A DNA stretch of 64,000 nt from Octopus vulgaris (GCA_951406725.2 OX597835.1:2356001-2420000); one strand, 5' to 3'. Positions 1 to 12,760 are shown, counted from the stretch's first letter. The notes: generated from the sequence alone by a model not told the origin. Numbers and translations: made by a program.

Positions 1-330
1 TCATTAGGATTGCAATGTTGGGTTTGGAAAACTATGTTATTATATGTAGTGAAGAAAGAATGCAACTGGCAGCTAGAAATGTCCAAAAATGTCACTGAAA
101 CTGTCCAAGGAATAACATGGCCATTCATGCAACAAACCAAGAATGTCAGAAGTAAAGAACACTGGTTGTGGCTGACGGGAAGAAAGCTGAAGCAAGAAAA
201 CTGGAGTGCTGGTTCGAATCCCTTGAGAACAAACCATTAAAATGAATTTGATGAAGACAAAGATTGATAAAACTTGAACTCAGAGAAGAGGACATTTGTA
301 AACTGGATCGAAATGAGAAAACTGAGCAAC
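1..330 (+). mobile_element. R4/Dong-type non-LTR retrotransposon fragment (degenerate)
   Basis: GLENYV...EER.QLAAR and HG.FMQQTK...WLWL..KLKQE-like segments with frameshifts. Confidence 0.5.
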
Positions 331-1399
331 ATTATCAAAGAAACAGGAATCATCCAAGCTTCTCAGTATAGTCACTGGTTGGCTATGAAATCTGACCAAT
401 AATAACCCATAATACTACTGCAGAGCATCCTGATAAGCAAAGGAGTTCAGGCAGCTCCTAAGGGCCCTGGACAGTTTCCAGGTCTTTCAAGTGTAAAAAA
501 AGACAAGGAAGGACCAAAGAGCTGAAGACCTGAACCTTTGTTCTGTTGCTCAGTTATAAGCAGCACCTCCCCCTTGTCCAATGAATCCACATCGTCATTA
601 GCAAACCCAACTCCTTTTAAGACTTCAGATTCACAGCTCAAAAAATTTTATTACACAAATAGTAAATATAATGATTTCTAATTTTGGCACAAGGCCAGTA
701 ATTTTGAGGGAATGGTGTTAGTCGAGATCATCAACCTCAATACTCGACTGTCTAATACTTTATTTCATTGATCCCAGACTTGACCTTGGAGGAATATGAA
801 CTCAGAATGCAGGGTGCTGGAACAAATACCACAAGGTATTTTGTCCACTGCTCAAACAATTCTGTCTATCTTGTCACTCATAACAGTTTCTTGCATAAGT
901 GTGAAGCCAGAAATTTGGGGATCTGGTACTTTGACATTGGAAGGATGGAAGACAAAGCTGACCACAGCAGGTTTTAAACTCGAAACATAAAAAAGAGCAG
1001 GAATAAATACTGCAAGGTATTTTGTCCAACACTAATGATTCTGCTAATCCAATAATGGTAAAAATAATTGTTTGTTTTGTAAGGCTGCAAAAGCCCATTC
1101 ATACATTAACACAAAACAAAATGGTTAGAAAGATGTGTAAAGAGATACATTGATGACTTTTATAAGACAAAAAGGGGGCAAACGTGTCATACAATATATT
1201 GGGATATATTAAAGATTTTTTAAAGCTTTACACAAATATATTAAAAAAATATAAATAGATTTAAATAAAAGAATATAAATAAAACACAAAACAAATAATA
1301 GCAACCAACCCACACACATGCAAAAAGCAATCATCAGAACTTGATAAGGGCACACATTTACACTGACCACCTACTTTTTTCATGTACTCTACATCCATA

Positions 1400-3150
1400 T
1401 ATACTCAAAATGATCAGTCCTGAAGGTGGTGCCAGTGAGCAACTCAAGTTTCGGAGTGTATAAAAGAGGTGCCACATCTCCTGATACCTAAAATAGTTTG
1501 TCGCTTGTGTGTTCCACATAGACAAAGCTCATCACTGCTTCAGGATACAATTTTATCTTCTATGTCTTCCTGCATTTCATTCAAATCCTCCAACAGTCCT
1601 CTGGTGGTTTTTTTTTTAAGGATCGTCAACTGCATACAAACCCAATGAGGGATGTGACTCACTTTTTCTGCTTGAGCTCTTTTTTTTTTTTTTTTTGGCA
1701 GGAGAAGTCTTTCGTTTTCCAATGTCCCCAACGTTTATCCACCCCTGGCTCTCTTCTATCACCTCCTCTTTATTACAAGATGATGGGGTCACACCACTGG
1801 TCATGGTTGGAGGAAAGGATCTCCTGTGATCAGTTTTTGGCATTGAAGATGAAGAGATTTTTTTTCACTCTCTTTGAGGCTGAAACTAGTGATGCAATTG
1901 GTGCTACTCTAGAAACAACCTGCAATTACTGTTGCTGTTGTCCATTGTCACTGTCTTTCCAGCTTCTCTGGACAGGAAGTCCACACACTGTAACTCACAC
2001 ATGAAGCAGCTATGCTTTCTGCTTTGCACCACCAGCCTTATTACCCTTCTCTCAGCCCTGACAATGGGATACAGCTCCAAGATTATTTTGAAATCTTCAG
2101 GGGTCATTAGAACTTGCATAGCCATGCAAACCCCATCTAACTACATCATTCTGTCTCACCTCTGTGCTCACCGCCTGCATGTAATATGTCAGAAACACCA
2201 AGAAGATAGGCCAAGGGTTAACACCACCTCCAACATCTCTTGCTGAGATTCATGTATTAAAGCATCCATATAAATTGCAAGTGTGTAACACACCAGCCTC
2301 ACCTGCATTTTACCTTATCCTCAGTTTTGAAGACTTGGTACATACCTTATATGCCCTACTTCTATCAATGGAATACACATCATACCACAAATTGTCAAAG
2401 GCTTCCATTAATTGTTCCTTTGAGGGCATATGGCAATATGTGGGCATTGTGGTCATCTGCTCCAGCCTTTGCTTGCTCTTGAATAAATCCATCAGGCAAA
2501 GAAGCACACTTCTTTGTAACTCATCATTGCCAGTGTCTAAAACCTCCCTATGATTTGTTATGATAGCAAAGGAGTTGTTAGTACTTTTGTTAAATTCATA
2601 CAAGTTTGCATTACTGTTATTGTTGTTGTAGTTGTTGTGTGTACTTCTGTTTATGTCATGCAAATTTCTGTTTTTGAGTATCAGATTGTGTTTATAACTG
2701 AATTTATTTATTTCATTGTCATTTTTTTTTTTGGTTACCTTTTTTTTTTTAAAATTCACTTTCATGTGTTCAAAAGTTATTTTGTTATTTGGAGCATAGT
2801 CAGTGCCACTTCATTTTTCATTAGTACCTCTTTTTTCATTAGTGCCTCTTTTTTCATTAGTACCTCTTTTTTCATTAGTGCCTCTTTTTTCATTAGTGCC
2901 TCTTTTCTCATTAGTGCCTCTTGCTGTGCCTCTAGTAGCAGAAGCCATACTGAATAAAGTGTAAACACAAGAAAGTTTTTCAGAAAAAAAAAAATGTCTA
3001 AAAGACAAACCTTTTGTCTACCCCAGGAATTGGGAGAGACATCCACACACTCCGAAGTCCCCTGTTTACAAAATAATCCAAAAAAGAAAAACTTTGATCG
3101 AGTAAAACTTGTCAACATTCCGATTCTCTTGAAACGACTCGACAACATAT
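1400..3150 (-). pseudogene. Degenerate long ORF, possibly ORF1 (gag-like) of a non-LTR retrotransposon
   Basis: Frame from ~2948 to 2310 open except for one TGA; continues through frameshifts to RLVVQSRKHSCFMC (knuckle-like) and GWINV..GKRK. Confidence 0.35.
2808..2921. repeat. 18-bp tandem repeat, 6 copies (TNEKRG on the - strand)
   Basis: tttttcattagt(g/a)cctct repeated. Confidence 0.9.
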
Positions 3151-3242
3151 TCATTCACACCAAAATACAATAATACAGGTTGGACAGAAGATAACTAGCT
3201 AAAATATAGAAATACATCATTTATATGTATTCACATCAATAT

Positions 3243-3652
3243 TCTTTCTTTCCCCGTCTGTCTTGATAGACAATGGGTTGCGCCAAGGGTGGGGCCTACT
3301 TTGATGATGTGCAGCGTCTGCTGTGACTGAACAGTCCAATTCTAGAGTGGCAGTCCTTGGTACATTTGCTGCACACAAACATCGATGGGTACGTGTGGGG
3401 TGTTGCTGCAGTTGTCCTCCTCCTGTCCCGCCTGTCCAACCACAGCTGTGCTCTCCTCTCCTCAGCCATGGAAACGCCTTTCCTCACCGTCCGACGCCAG
3501 GCAGAGCGGTCAGCAGCTGTTTCCTCCCACGTGTCCACACAGATGTTGGCAGTCCTCAGGTCGCGCTTGCACACGTCCCTATATTGTAGCTGTGGACGTC
3601 CCTTGGGTCGGGATCCCGTGGTGAGTTCGCTGTACAGGATGTCTTTAGGCAT
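3243..3652 (-). mobile_element. RTE-clade LINE 3' fragment
   Basis: MPKDILYSEL..GSRPKGRP...W...A.DRSAWR...CSKC.KDCHSRIGLFSHSRRC* followed by a short 3'UTR. Confidence 0.9.
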
Positions 3653-3654
3653 TA

Positions 3655-4252
3655 ATATATTTATATCCTTAACAAATGCCTTAGACTTGCCCAAAACTAC
3701 TACAAGTTGTGGCAACATGGTGAGGTAGCGAAAATGCTACCTCTGTGAAAAATGGAGTCTAGAGCAAGGCGAGACGTGGTATGAGCACAAACTGTAGAGA
3801 GCGGAGGAGTTGGAGACCTACAAAATCTTGTACTAGAACACAACAAGACAGACCTAGACCTAGAGGTGGACAGACCATGGTGAACCACACATGCTATACA
3901 ACTGATGTTTGACGAAGGAAGGCAAAAAAATAGACATATTCAATTCTCTAAAGTATGAAACAGCCCAGCTATGGAAAATGTAGTATGTGAAGATAGTGCT
4001 GGGTCCTTCAGGACAGTATGAGAAGGCATCAAGAGGAATCTAAAGGAAATCGGAATAGAGGGCCCAGCAGAACTGTTATAAAAGGTTTGCCTCCCTGGCA
4101 CAACCAGAATAACTAGGGAAATATTAGATAGTTGAAAAGAAGAGATAGCATGGTACCGTAGGCTGGAGGTAGCAAGCTTGCTACACATGCAAGACTCCAG
4201 GAGTTCCAACAAAACCTGAGTTGAAAGGAATGAAAATAATAATAATAATAAT
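3655..4252 (+). mobile_element. R4/Dong-type LINE 3' fragment (RLE domain) with (AAT)n tail
   Basis: C.RLAQNYYKLW.H..VAKML..CEKW...ETWYEHK...GIKRNLKEIGI...GTTRI.REILDS* with internal stops. Confidence 0.75.
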
Positions 4253-5192
4253 CCTTTCGACGAATGACACAAAGCCTGACATTTTGTGGGAGGGGACCAG
4301 TTGATTATATCAACCCCAGTGTAATTAATTCATTGTAATTAATTCTCTTTGAAGAAAGAAAACTTTTGGTGCATGTCTCAAACCATGAATAATTTCTGAA
4401 ATAAGACACAAGGCCAGAAATTTTAATAGGGGAGGGGGAGGGCGTTGGCCAGTTATACTGACCTCAGTATTTATTGGTTCTTTATTTCATCGAACCCAGA
4501 AGGATGAAAGATAAAGCTGACTTTGGTGGAATTTGAACTCAGAATGCAAAGAGATGAAGTAAATACCATGAGGTATTTTGTTCTATTGATTTTCTCAATG
4601 TTTTGCCCTCAAAATATAATTTTTAAAAAGCAATAATAATAATAATGATGATAATGGTTTCTAACATAGGTACAAATGAGTTTTATAAGTTTTTTTTGTT
4701 TTGGAGGAGGTAGTCAATTAATTAATTAGTTCTCAAATATAAATTCATTCACATATAAGATGCATTATAGACATAGTAAATGTGACTAACCATCGTTTTG
4801 TCTAGGACTAGATTGTCTGATGTGTACCTACATTTTAAAATGGTAAGGTAAGTTATATCTATTTCTTTACTATCCACAAGGGGCTAAACACAGAAGGGCG
4901 AAACAAAGACAGACAAATGGATTAAGTCGATTATGTCAACCCAGTGCATAACTGGTACTTATTTAATCGACCCCCAAAAGGACATGTTTCAGTCTTATTA
5001 TGACCTTATCAGCAAATCATAGATTAGCCAATGACTGATATTGCTTATTTCTCACCACTTGGTTATTTCCAATTATCTTTTGAACGTTCCCTGCATTAAA
5101 CGATGTTTATCTTAACACTAACTAAACCACAGTGTTGCTTATGGATGGTGTCTTTGGGTAAATTATTTTGAAGATGTAATAAGCTAGCTTAC

Positions 5193-5319
5193 CTCCACAG
5201 GAAGTTTAGAGACATCTGTGATGGTGCTTCCTTCAATAACAAAATGGTACAAGGTGCTTTCTTGGTCTGTAAATACCAAATGTTCCTTACCAGTTACTTT
5301 ACCGCTTGGCTTGTTCTCA
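5193..5319 (-). CDS. WDR11: WDR11 exon 17 (ENKPSGKVTGKEHLVFTDQESTLYHFVIEGSTITDVSKLPVE)
   Basis: attttag| and GAG|GTAAGC, 127 nt, phase 2 to 0; resembles EHFVFTD.DG.VYH..VEG. Confidence 0.93.
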
Positions 5320-6252
5320 CTAAAATACCAAAGATAAAACGGAACAATGAGACAAAACACTCAGAATATTTCTATTTATTTAGTTTTTTACTGTGGCCAT
5401 GCTAGAGCACCATCTTTATGGACTTTTGATGACTATCATAACCTTAGTACTTATATATGTCCAGATTTATCAAATTATGTTACATTTTTTGACATTATAC
5501 TAGTTTTACACAGGTATAAAGAAGAAAAAAAAAACGATACAGACTTGTATTTAAAGGTGGTTATATCTTTGTTTAACATTTGTTTTCCCAACACAAGCAG
5601 AAGTTCAGATAGATTTTTTTGAGGCAGGATGTTGCAGCAGCCAGTTCTTTCTGTTATCAGTCCTTAAAGTAAAGAAATCCCTTTCCAGAAAAGGGTCTCT
5701 TTATTCTATAGGCATTTGACAGTGCAGAGCAACCAGTTACAACATCAACATCAGAGCTGCCGCTTCACTCAAGACAGGGTGATGAGAGAGGAACACATAA
5801 ACAGTGAAGCACATATGCAGGCAGGCATCAAATCCACTCATGAGGCTTTGGTTGGCCCAAGGTCATAGCAGAAGGCATCTGTCCATGGTGCTTTGCAGTG
5901 GGACTCAACTTGAAACCGCAGAGTTGAGAGAAGCAAATGTTTTACAACCCAGCCATGGTAGTGTCGTCTATCGGTGACTGCATAGTAAGAAGTCGGCTTC
6001 CCAAGCACATGGTCCCAGGTTCAGTCTCACTCTGTACCAATTTGGGCAGATGTCTTCTACTTTAGCCCTGGACTGGAGGGAGTGCAATCTATAGAAGCAG
6101 TCCAGATAATGGACAGAATACACATCCCCACCGTCACACTGCATCCCACAGGATCAAGGACCATACGTTAGAGTATGGTCCTTGGCTAGGTACAGAAACA
6201 AGTTTTATCTAAAAGAATAAACTCATGGGCGACACCTTGTCATTTGCCTAAA

Positions 6253-6764
6253 TGTGTGCCATGGGTCTGTGTGCCATGGGTCTGTGTGTCATGGGTCTGC
6301 TCAATTAGAGTGCGACAGGTCTGTGTGCCATGGGTCTGTTCAATTAGAGTGTGACAGGTCTGTGTGCCATGGGTCTGTTCAATTAGAGTGCAACAGGTCT
6401 GTGTGCCATGGGTCTGTTCAATTAGAGTGCGACAGGTCTGTGTGCCATGGGTCTGTTCAATTAGAGTGCGACAGGTCTGTGTGCCATGGGTCTGTTCAAT
6501 TAGAGTGCAACAGGTCTGTGTGCCATGGGTCTGTTCAATTAGAGTGCGAAAGGTCTGTGTGCCATGGGTCTGTTCAATTAGAGTGCGACAGGTCTGTGTG
6601 CCATGGGTCTGTTCAATTAGAGTGCGACAGGTCTGTGTGCCATGGGTCTGTTCAATTAGAGTGTGACAGGTCTGTGTGCCATGGGTCTGTTCAATTAGAG
6701 TGCCATGGGTCTGTTCAATTAAAGTGCGACAGGTTTGTGTGCCATGGGTCTGCTCAATTAGAGT
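6253..6764. repeat. 39-bp minisatellite, about 12 copies, in WDR11 intron 16
   Basis: Unit ctgtgtgccatgggtctgttcaattagagtgcgacaggt in head-to-tail tandem with no spacers. Confidence 0.95.
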
Positions 6765-6841
6765 TGACCTGAGAATGACACAATACAAAAGCAATTGTTA
6801 AAAAACAAAGAGAATAGTAAATCAATCAATCGAATTCTTAC

Positions 6842-6978
6842 TTTGAGGAATTATCTAAATTAGACAATGATGAAGAAGAAAGGCTTTCGGTGTTGATGTT
6901 TACAGAACTATCAGAGTCTTTAGATTCAGTATTGAGTTTCCTCTTCAATGTCCGAATGTTAGAGGCAGGAAACCATTC
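6842..6978 (-). CDS. WDR11: WDR11 exon 16 (EWFPASNIRTLKRKL...Ser-rich linker)
   Basis: catctag| and AA|GTAAGA, 137 nt, phase 0 to 2; resembles EWSPSHNLKSLRKK. Confidence 0.9.
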
Positions 6979-7656
6979 CTAGATGTGACAAACAAAATAC
7001 AAAAGTCGTCAGAGTCAAGAGGGAAAATAGGGAAGAAAATTTAATTCAAAACAATTAACAGATGTTTTTAAGGAATCATGACATTAACATGTTCTAAATA
7101 CAATTAAATAACACATCACATAGCAATATCAATAAGTTAATTCTCTATAAAAATACATACATGCAAATACAGATATATATATATATATTATATTAAATTA
7201 GAGATAAAACCACTATTAGGCAAATCAAACAATGAAAAACTTAAGCCAATACATAAAATTAATTAATTTATATTATTTTAAATATATATCAAAAGTATTA
7301 AAATTTTAATAAAAGATAATGAGTAAAACATTAGAAAATTATATATATATACACACACACAACAACAACAACAAATTGTTAAGGCCTTTGTTGTGTGACA
7401 TGTATGATTGATATATCTGTAGTGGGGTGGGGTGGGGGAAATATGGCCAACCTGTTCATTTCCAAGACAGAACAGTAGCAGTCACCTCTCAGGGAAAACA
7501 TTCAAAACAACTCAGATTCTCAAACCATAAAACGGCAGTCATCTTTAAGAAGAAAAAAAAACACATTCAAGACATGTCTGGTCTTGAGAATATATCATGG
7601 CTGACCTCTACTGCAAGAGAAAATATTCAAAAAGAAGTTGGATCTCCGAAACCTAC

Positions 7657-7765
7657 CACAGCTGTCATGCGTGCTGAACTCTTCCTCACATCTCGTAGCA
7701 GAGATAAATTCTTGAGGTCCCATAATTCAAATGGTTTGTCTTTAAATGTAATTACAAAATACTGT
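7657..7765 (-). CDS. WDR11: WDR11 exon 15 (QYFVITFKDKPFELWDLKNLSLLRDVRKSSARMTAV)
   Basis: tttgcag| and |GTAGGT, 109 nt, phase 2 to 0. Confidence 0.95.
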
Positions 7766-8440
7766 CTGCAAAGGAAAAGAAAACAAGTATACATCTTCTA
7801 ATCTCATTAATTGTACCTCATTATAAAAAAAGTAAAAAAAAAATGGAAATTCTTAAATTTTAAGTAGAAAAGATACTAATGTAAAGGCTGTGTGGTTAAA
7901 CACTTTGCTTTGCAACCAAATGATTTCAGGTTCATTTCCACTGTGAAGTCCCTTGGGTCAGTGTTTTTTGCCATAGCCTTGGAGACAAAAATCTTTGAAA
8001 TTTGTAATTCTTTAAGTCTTCAAATAACTTCCAAAATTCGTAATTCTTTAAACCCTTGCAATATTCTCTCCCTGTTTCATGACCCATGTGTTCCCATACT
8101 TTGGCCATGATTTCCTCAACAATCCTTCCAGGTCTCTCTCCCTAAAATTCATAAACATTCTTGCCTTGTTTTTATAACTTGTGTCTCTCTCATTCTTATC
8201 ATGATTTCCCCCAGCAATAAACTCTTTCAAGTCCCTCTCTCTGCCTCACAAGTGTCTTCTTACTGCTATTTCTATTTCTTGAGGTGAAGCTGGCCATTGT
8301 TTGTCCATGATGCATCCACCCATTCCCGCATGATGTGAACATGAAGTGCAGAACATCAGAAGAAATACTGCAAACCAGGCTCGGCTCTCTGCATGATCAT
8401 TTTATATCTTTACCCTGAGATAATCTGGTTAATAATTTAC

Positions 8441-8513
8441 CTCATTGGTGACACACGTAATGCATGGATAGGGGATTCTTCATCACGTTGAATTCGAATT
8501 GGGGTTTCATTCC
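8441..8513 (-). CDS. WDR11: WDR11 exon 14 (GNETPIRIQRDEESPIHALRVSPMR)
   Basis: ttttacag| and AG|GTAAAT, 73 nt, phase 1 to 2. Confidence 0.92.
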
Positions 8514-8585
8514 CTGTAAAAGAAAGTGTAATTGTTTATATGCAAAGGAATAAAGTGTCAGAAACATATGTCTCTCTATGTGTGT

Positions 8586-8625
<40 letters not shown>

Positions 8626-8740
8626 GTCCATATATCTATGTTTGTCATAGAGTGAATCATCAGCTTCAAACAAATAAAGAAACTCTACAATATTTATTGA
8701 GCACAAAGATTGACAGAATATAATTATATCAAAAATAAAC

Positions 8741-9148
8741 CAGAATTCAGACAAAGCAGCCAGTCTAATTTGCATTTTAGGTGAAGTGGGTACTTGCTGT
8801 CAGATGAATCTCCAAATAGAGATGAAACTGGTTAGGATAATAATAATTTATTTGCCCACAAAAAGATGAATTTTTTTTTGGCACTTTTTTGACATTATGC
8901 TGCAAGGGTCAGATTACAGTTATACTTTGCATTCAAATTTCAGATTATCCAATTTCATGAAGGGCATCCCTAATTCATTAACTAAGTTGTCAGCAAATGC
9001 AACTTAAACTGGCTACTTTGGCTGAATCCTGATTTGTGTCTGATGTAAATGGCTAAAATCTACCATTCTCTTTCTCCCTGGACATAGAAAGTGAGTACCT
9101 CATCTCTGATGAGTCTCCAAATAGAGATTAAACTTACCAGGATAATCT
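8741..9148 (+). mobile_element. Degenerate Penelope/retrozyme-like unit with two hammerhead-like direct repeats 305 nt apart
   Basis: CAGATGA-ATCTC-CAAATA-GAGAT-GAAA-CTGGTT (8801) and CTGATGA-GTCTC-CAAATA-GAGAT-TAAA (9106); inverted segment 8741-8777 vs 8995-9031. Confidence 0.5.
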
Positions 9149-9436
9149 CAATCTTTCTGCTCACAGCGAGATAAAATGAGTTCACACTTGTGTATATTTA
9201 GCAGTGAGACCAAAATCATGAATATATTTCGCATTACAACTTCAGACAAGCATACGTATATGTATACATGCAGGCATACATATATTAATACATATATACA
9301 AACATACATAAATATATGCATACACACACACACACACACTACAGAAAACCATTGTCTAGGACTCATCACATTGTCTATAAAAGGCTGGATCTTACAAGGA
9401 ACTGTGTGTATATCAACGAAAATATAATTTGCATAC

Positions 9437-9543
9437 CTGAAATGATATCAACCAACAGAATTTCATTCTTTACAAGTCCTGAAGCACTTGGGTCAGGATA
9501 TGCGAATGATATGAAGAAATGTAGACCAGCCCATTCAATCCCT
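9437..9543 (-). CDS. WDR11: WDR11 exon 13 (GIEWAGLHFFISFAYPDPSASGLVKNEILLVDIIS)
   Basis: attacag| and G|GTATGC, 107 nt, phase 2 to 1. Confidence 0.95.
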
Positions 9544-9689
9544 CTGTAATAAAAATATAAAATAAATAGTAATCACACGTTGTGTTATATGTTTAAATTT
9601 AGAATACATGTACACATGGAGGACACATGTGAAAGAGAAGCTAATCAGATGCTTATTTTGGTTTCTTAGTGTCCCACTACAAGCTTAGT

Positions 9690-9906
9690 TTAACCCTTTA
9701 GCGTTCAGATTATTCTATCAAACATAATGCTTATTGATTTGAATTAATCATGCATTATCCCATATCTTCAAGATGTTGATGGTGTAATTACTTAATGTAG
9801 AATAACATTGTAGGGTAGGTGTGAGAGCCTGGATCTGGTCAGTTTGAACATAAAACAGATTAACTATTTTGGCCGGATATGGCCGGTTTAAATACTAAAG
9901 GGTTAA
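9690..9906. mobile_element. Second piggyBac-type MITE family (another copy at 56621-56848)
   Basis: ttaaccctttagc...ctaaagggttaa; inverted copy at 56621-56848. Confidence 0.8.
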
Positions 9907-10728
9907 ATGTATGTGTGTGTATGTGTCCGCACGCGCACATGGGCATGTGCATGCCAGAGATGCCAACCTCATAAAAAAATGATTAGTCAAGATAATTATT
10001 CAAGTCAGGAAAATATCTAATAAAGGGATCGTTAAGAGATCCAGGTAATGTTTTTCCTTCATTCTGCCCTAAATGATTCCATTGTCCTCCACAAACTAAA
10101 ATGCAGCATCCTACATCTCCTCAGTGATTATTTCCCTTCCTCACTTCAGCACATCATCGGTGAAGGCCAAGCTTAGCTGATGAGACTAGAACTGGAACGA
10201 AGCTGGAAACGTGTCTAAAATTATCTCCAAGACTTGTTGAAAACAAAAGAAAAAAAAAATGAAAATAATACTAGTCACTGACTAATATTGTTTTTTTCCT
10301 TACTGTAAAATTATTAACTTTTAAAGTTATATTAACTAACTTAATACTATATTAAATATACTAAACTTGTTCTGAGACTAATCTTGAATTAGTCCTAAAA
10401 AAATCATGAAATGGATTATGTTGATTAGATAAGGTGAAGAGGGAGCAGCAAGCTGATCCTCATACTCTCTCTCTCTCTCTCTCTCTTTTTCCTTTCCCAA
10501 TATTTTTGAGGAATGATTACTAACAATTAATCAACTGAAATACTTAACCTAATTATTTAATCAACCCAGAATTTTGAAATGAAAGTTGACACCTACAGGA
10601 TTTTAACTCTCGATAGAAAGGGTTTTAACTAAATACCACGAAGCATTTCATCAGTTGCTCAACTGATTCTATCAAATTGTCACCATTTTACCTCACAAAA
10701 AGTAACGAAAGAGATGAAAAATGTTTAC

Positions 10729-10813
10729 CTGACAATGGTTGAGTGAACACAAAATTCTTTGTCCAGTTGTCCACTGCAAAGGTTAAAAATCTGTATAGAT
10801 CCTGAATTGTTAC
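10729..10813 (-). CDS. WDR11: WDR11 exon 12 (GNNSGSIQIFNLCSGQLDKEFCVHSTIVR)
   Basis: ttttcccag| and AG|GTAAAC, 85 nt, phase 1 to 2. Confidence 0.95.
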
Positions 10814-12402
10814 CTGGGAAAAGAAAAAAAGACACACAACACTTCTTTTTAACATTTGTTTATCCCTACTTCATCCATGTTAGAATACGTGGGGTAGGAT
10901 TTTATAAGTTTAACCTTTAAGTTGAGCTGTTGTTTAGCTCCAGGTCAACACAGAACAAAGAGAGATATGATTAATACACACACACACAGTTGTAACTAAC
11001 TTGCTTATTTCTTCATCTATGATATAACAAGCATAAGTTATCTCCTGATCTTCCATCATCATCATCATCATCATCATCATCGTTTAACGTCCGTTCTCCA
11101 TGCTAGCATGGGTTGGACGGTTCGACCGGGGATCTGGGAAGCCAGAAGGCTGCACCAGGCTCCGGTCTTATCTGGCAAAGTTTCTACAGCTGGATGCCCT
11201 TCCTGTAGAGTGAAATTTGATGGAAATTTAGTGACTGTTTCTAGAAGATAGAGTAAACACATAAAGCGGTCTTTTAACTTTGAGGTGAACTGGAACCAAG
11301 CAAAGAATTGTTGGTGCACTTTGTTCATATCATTTAATTAATAATATTTGTGTATAACAAAATTATGAATGGTGTATTTCCTGGTATACAAGTTAAATTT
11401 TTCAGACCAAAATTTAAGGAGTGGCTGTGTGGTAAGTAGCTTGCTTACCAACCACATGGTTCCGGGTTCAGTCCCACTGCGTGGCACCTTGGGCAAGTGT
11501 CCTTTACTACAGCCTCAGGCCGACCGAAGCCTGGTGAGTGGATTTGGTAGACTTGAAACATCTACTATAACCCTGGACTAACCAAAGCATTGTGAGTAAA
11601 TTTGGTAGACAGAAACTGAAAGAAGCCTACACACACACACATACATATGGAATAAAATATTCCTCACTTAAAAAACAGGTAAGGGTTAGTGACAAGAAGG
11701 ACATTTGGCTGTAAAACAATACCTCAATAACACTTTGTAACAAAATTTATATATATATATATTTGCCTTTGGTCAGTAAGTGTTATTTCCTATTCGCTTC
11801 AATCTGGAAATCAATGGAAATTGACTGCTATTCCCTTCACACTTTGCTTTTCTAACCTGGACATCAATGTACTGAAACTGACCTATTTTTTTATTACATT
11901 TCAGACAGATTCAGCACTGGGTGGCTGAAGCAGAAATATCATTAGATCAAATATTCTGCTCAGTACCACAGATTTGCTTGTCGGTTGCTTGACCATAACC
12001 AGTTGAACAAGCCCCTTAGTGGCTGACAATATGTGCATCTCTGATCGTGAGCAGGAGTGGTAGTGGAGCATCATAGGGGTTTGAACAAACGTAACAAATG
12101 CAAAATTTGAAGGAAATATTAGGCCTTTTTCATACTTTCTAGGGATAAGCAAATAGGGAATAACAGTTTCTACTCAAGGACAAAAATCGTATCCCACAGT
12201 GTTATACATTTGTCCAACTCATTTGCATCTAGGACTGCAGTGTCAAATATATCAAGGCCACATTGGACAATGCAGTCCTAGATAAACAGAAAGGTAGGAT
12301 AGTCAAAGCAGGGTTGACCTGGGGTTTAAAAAGCAGGAGCAGTAGTAACAACAACAACAACAACAGTAGCAATGTAAAATAGGAGGCGTTCAACAGACTT
12401 AC

Positions 12403-12760
12403 CAACAGCCAGAAGGGGTTTGTACATGGAAGCATTTTTCTGGGTTAGTGGTGGTGACATCCTAATCACAGACACCGGGGAAGCAACGCCACTAAGGAGC
12501 CCTGTTAACATGAACTTGAGTGCAACACCATGGTTTGATACACGATACGGAGAACTGGACTCATACATTCCACCAGCGCTCAACTGAGGCTGACCTATCA
12601 AATCATACAGTGTATTGCGAGGATATGGGATGTCGCTGGTGATCGGGAATTGGTTTGTTCCATCGCAGTAGACAGTGTTGGTAAAACTGACCAGAGGGTC
12701 CAAAGAATAGCCAGGTGTGTACAAAGGAGAAGTCAGCTGTATTGGATAATTATAACCAAC
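12403..12760 (-). CDS. WDR11: WDR11 exon 11 (VGYNYPIQLTSPLYTP...LKFMLTGLLSG...MYKPLLAV)
   Basis: ccttag| and G|GTAAGT, 358 nt open, phase 0 to 1. Confidence 0.92.

Noticed and set aside
3296-3718. 140-aa ORF with a zinc finger as a host gene
   Set aside because: Chimera of an RTE C-terminus and the antisense strand of an abutting R4-type fragment.
1-5192. WDR11 exon 18 (expected ...I.CIAWK...LGD.DG.LN.WD...)
   Set aside because: No matching exon found by eye; ORF 447-641 shows no WDR11 similarity, so the exon probably lies left of the window.
6253-6764. CRISPR-like appearance of the 39-bp array
   Set aside because: Units are contiguous with no unique spacers, there are no cas genes, and the context is a eukaryotic intron.
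10173-10220. CTGATGA...GAAACGTGTC hammerhead-like string
   Set aside because: Core boxes and GUC are present, but stems I and II do not pair convincingly; at best a very old remnant.
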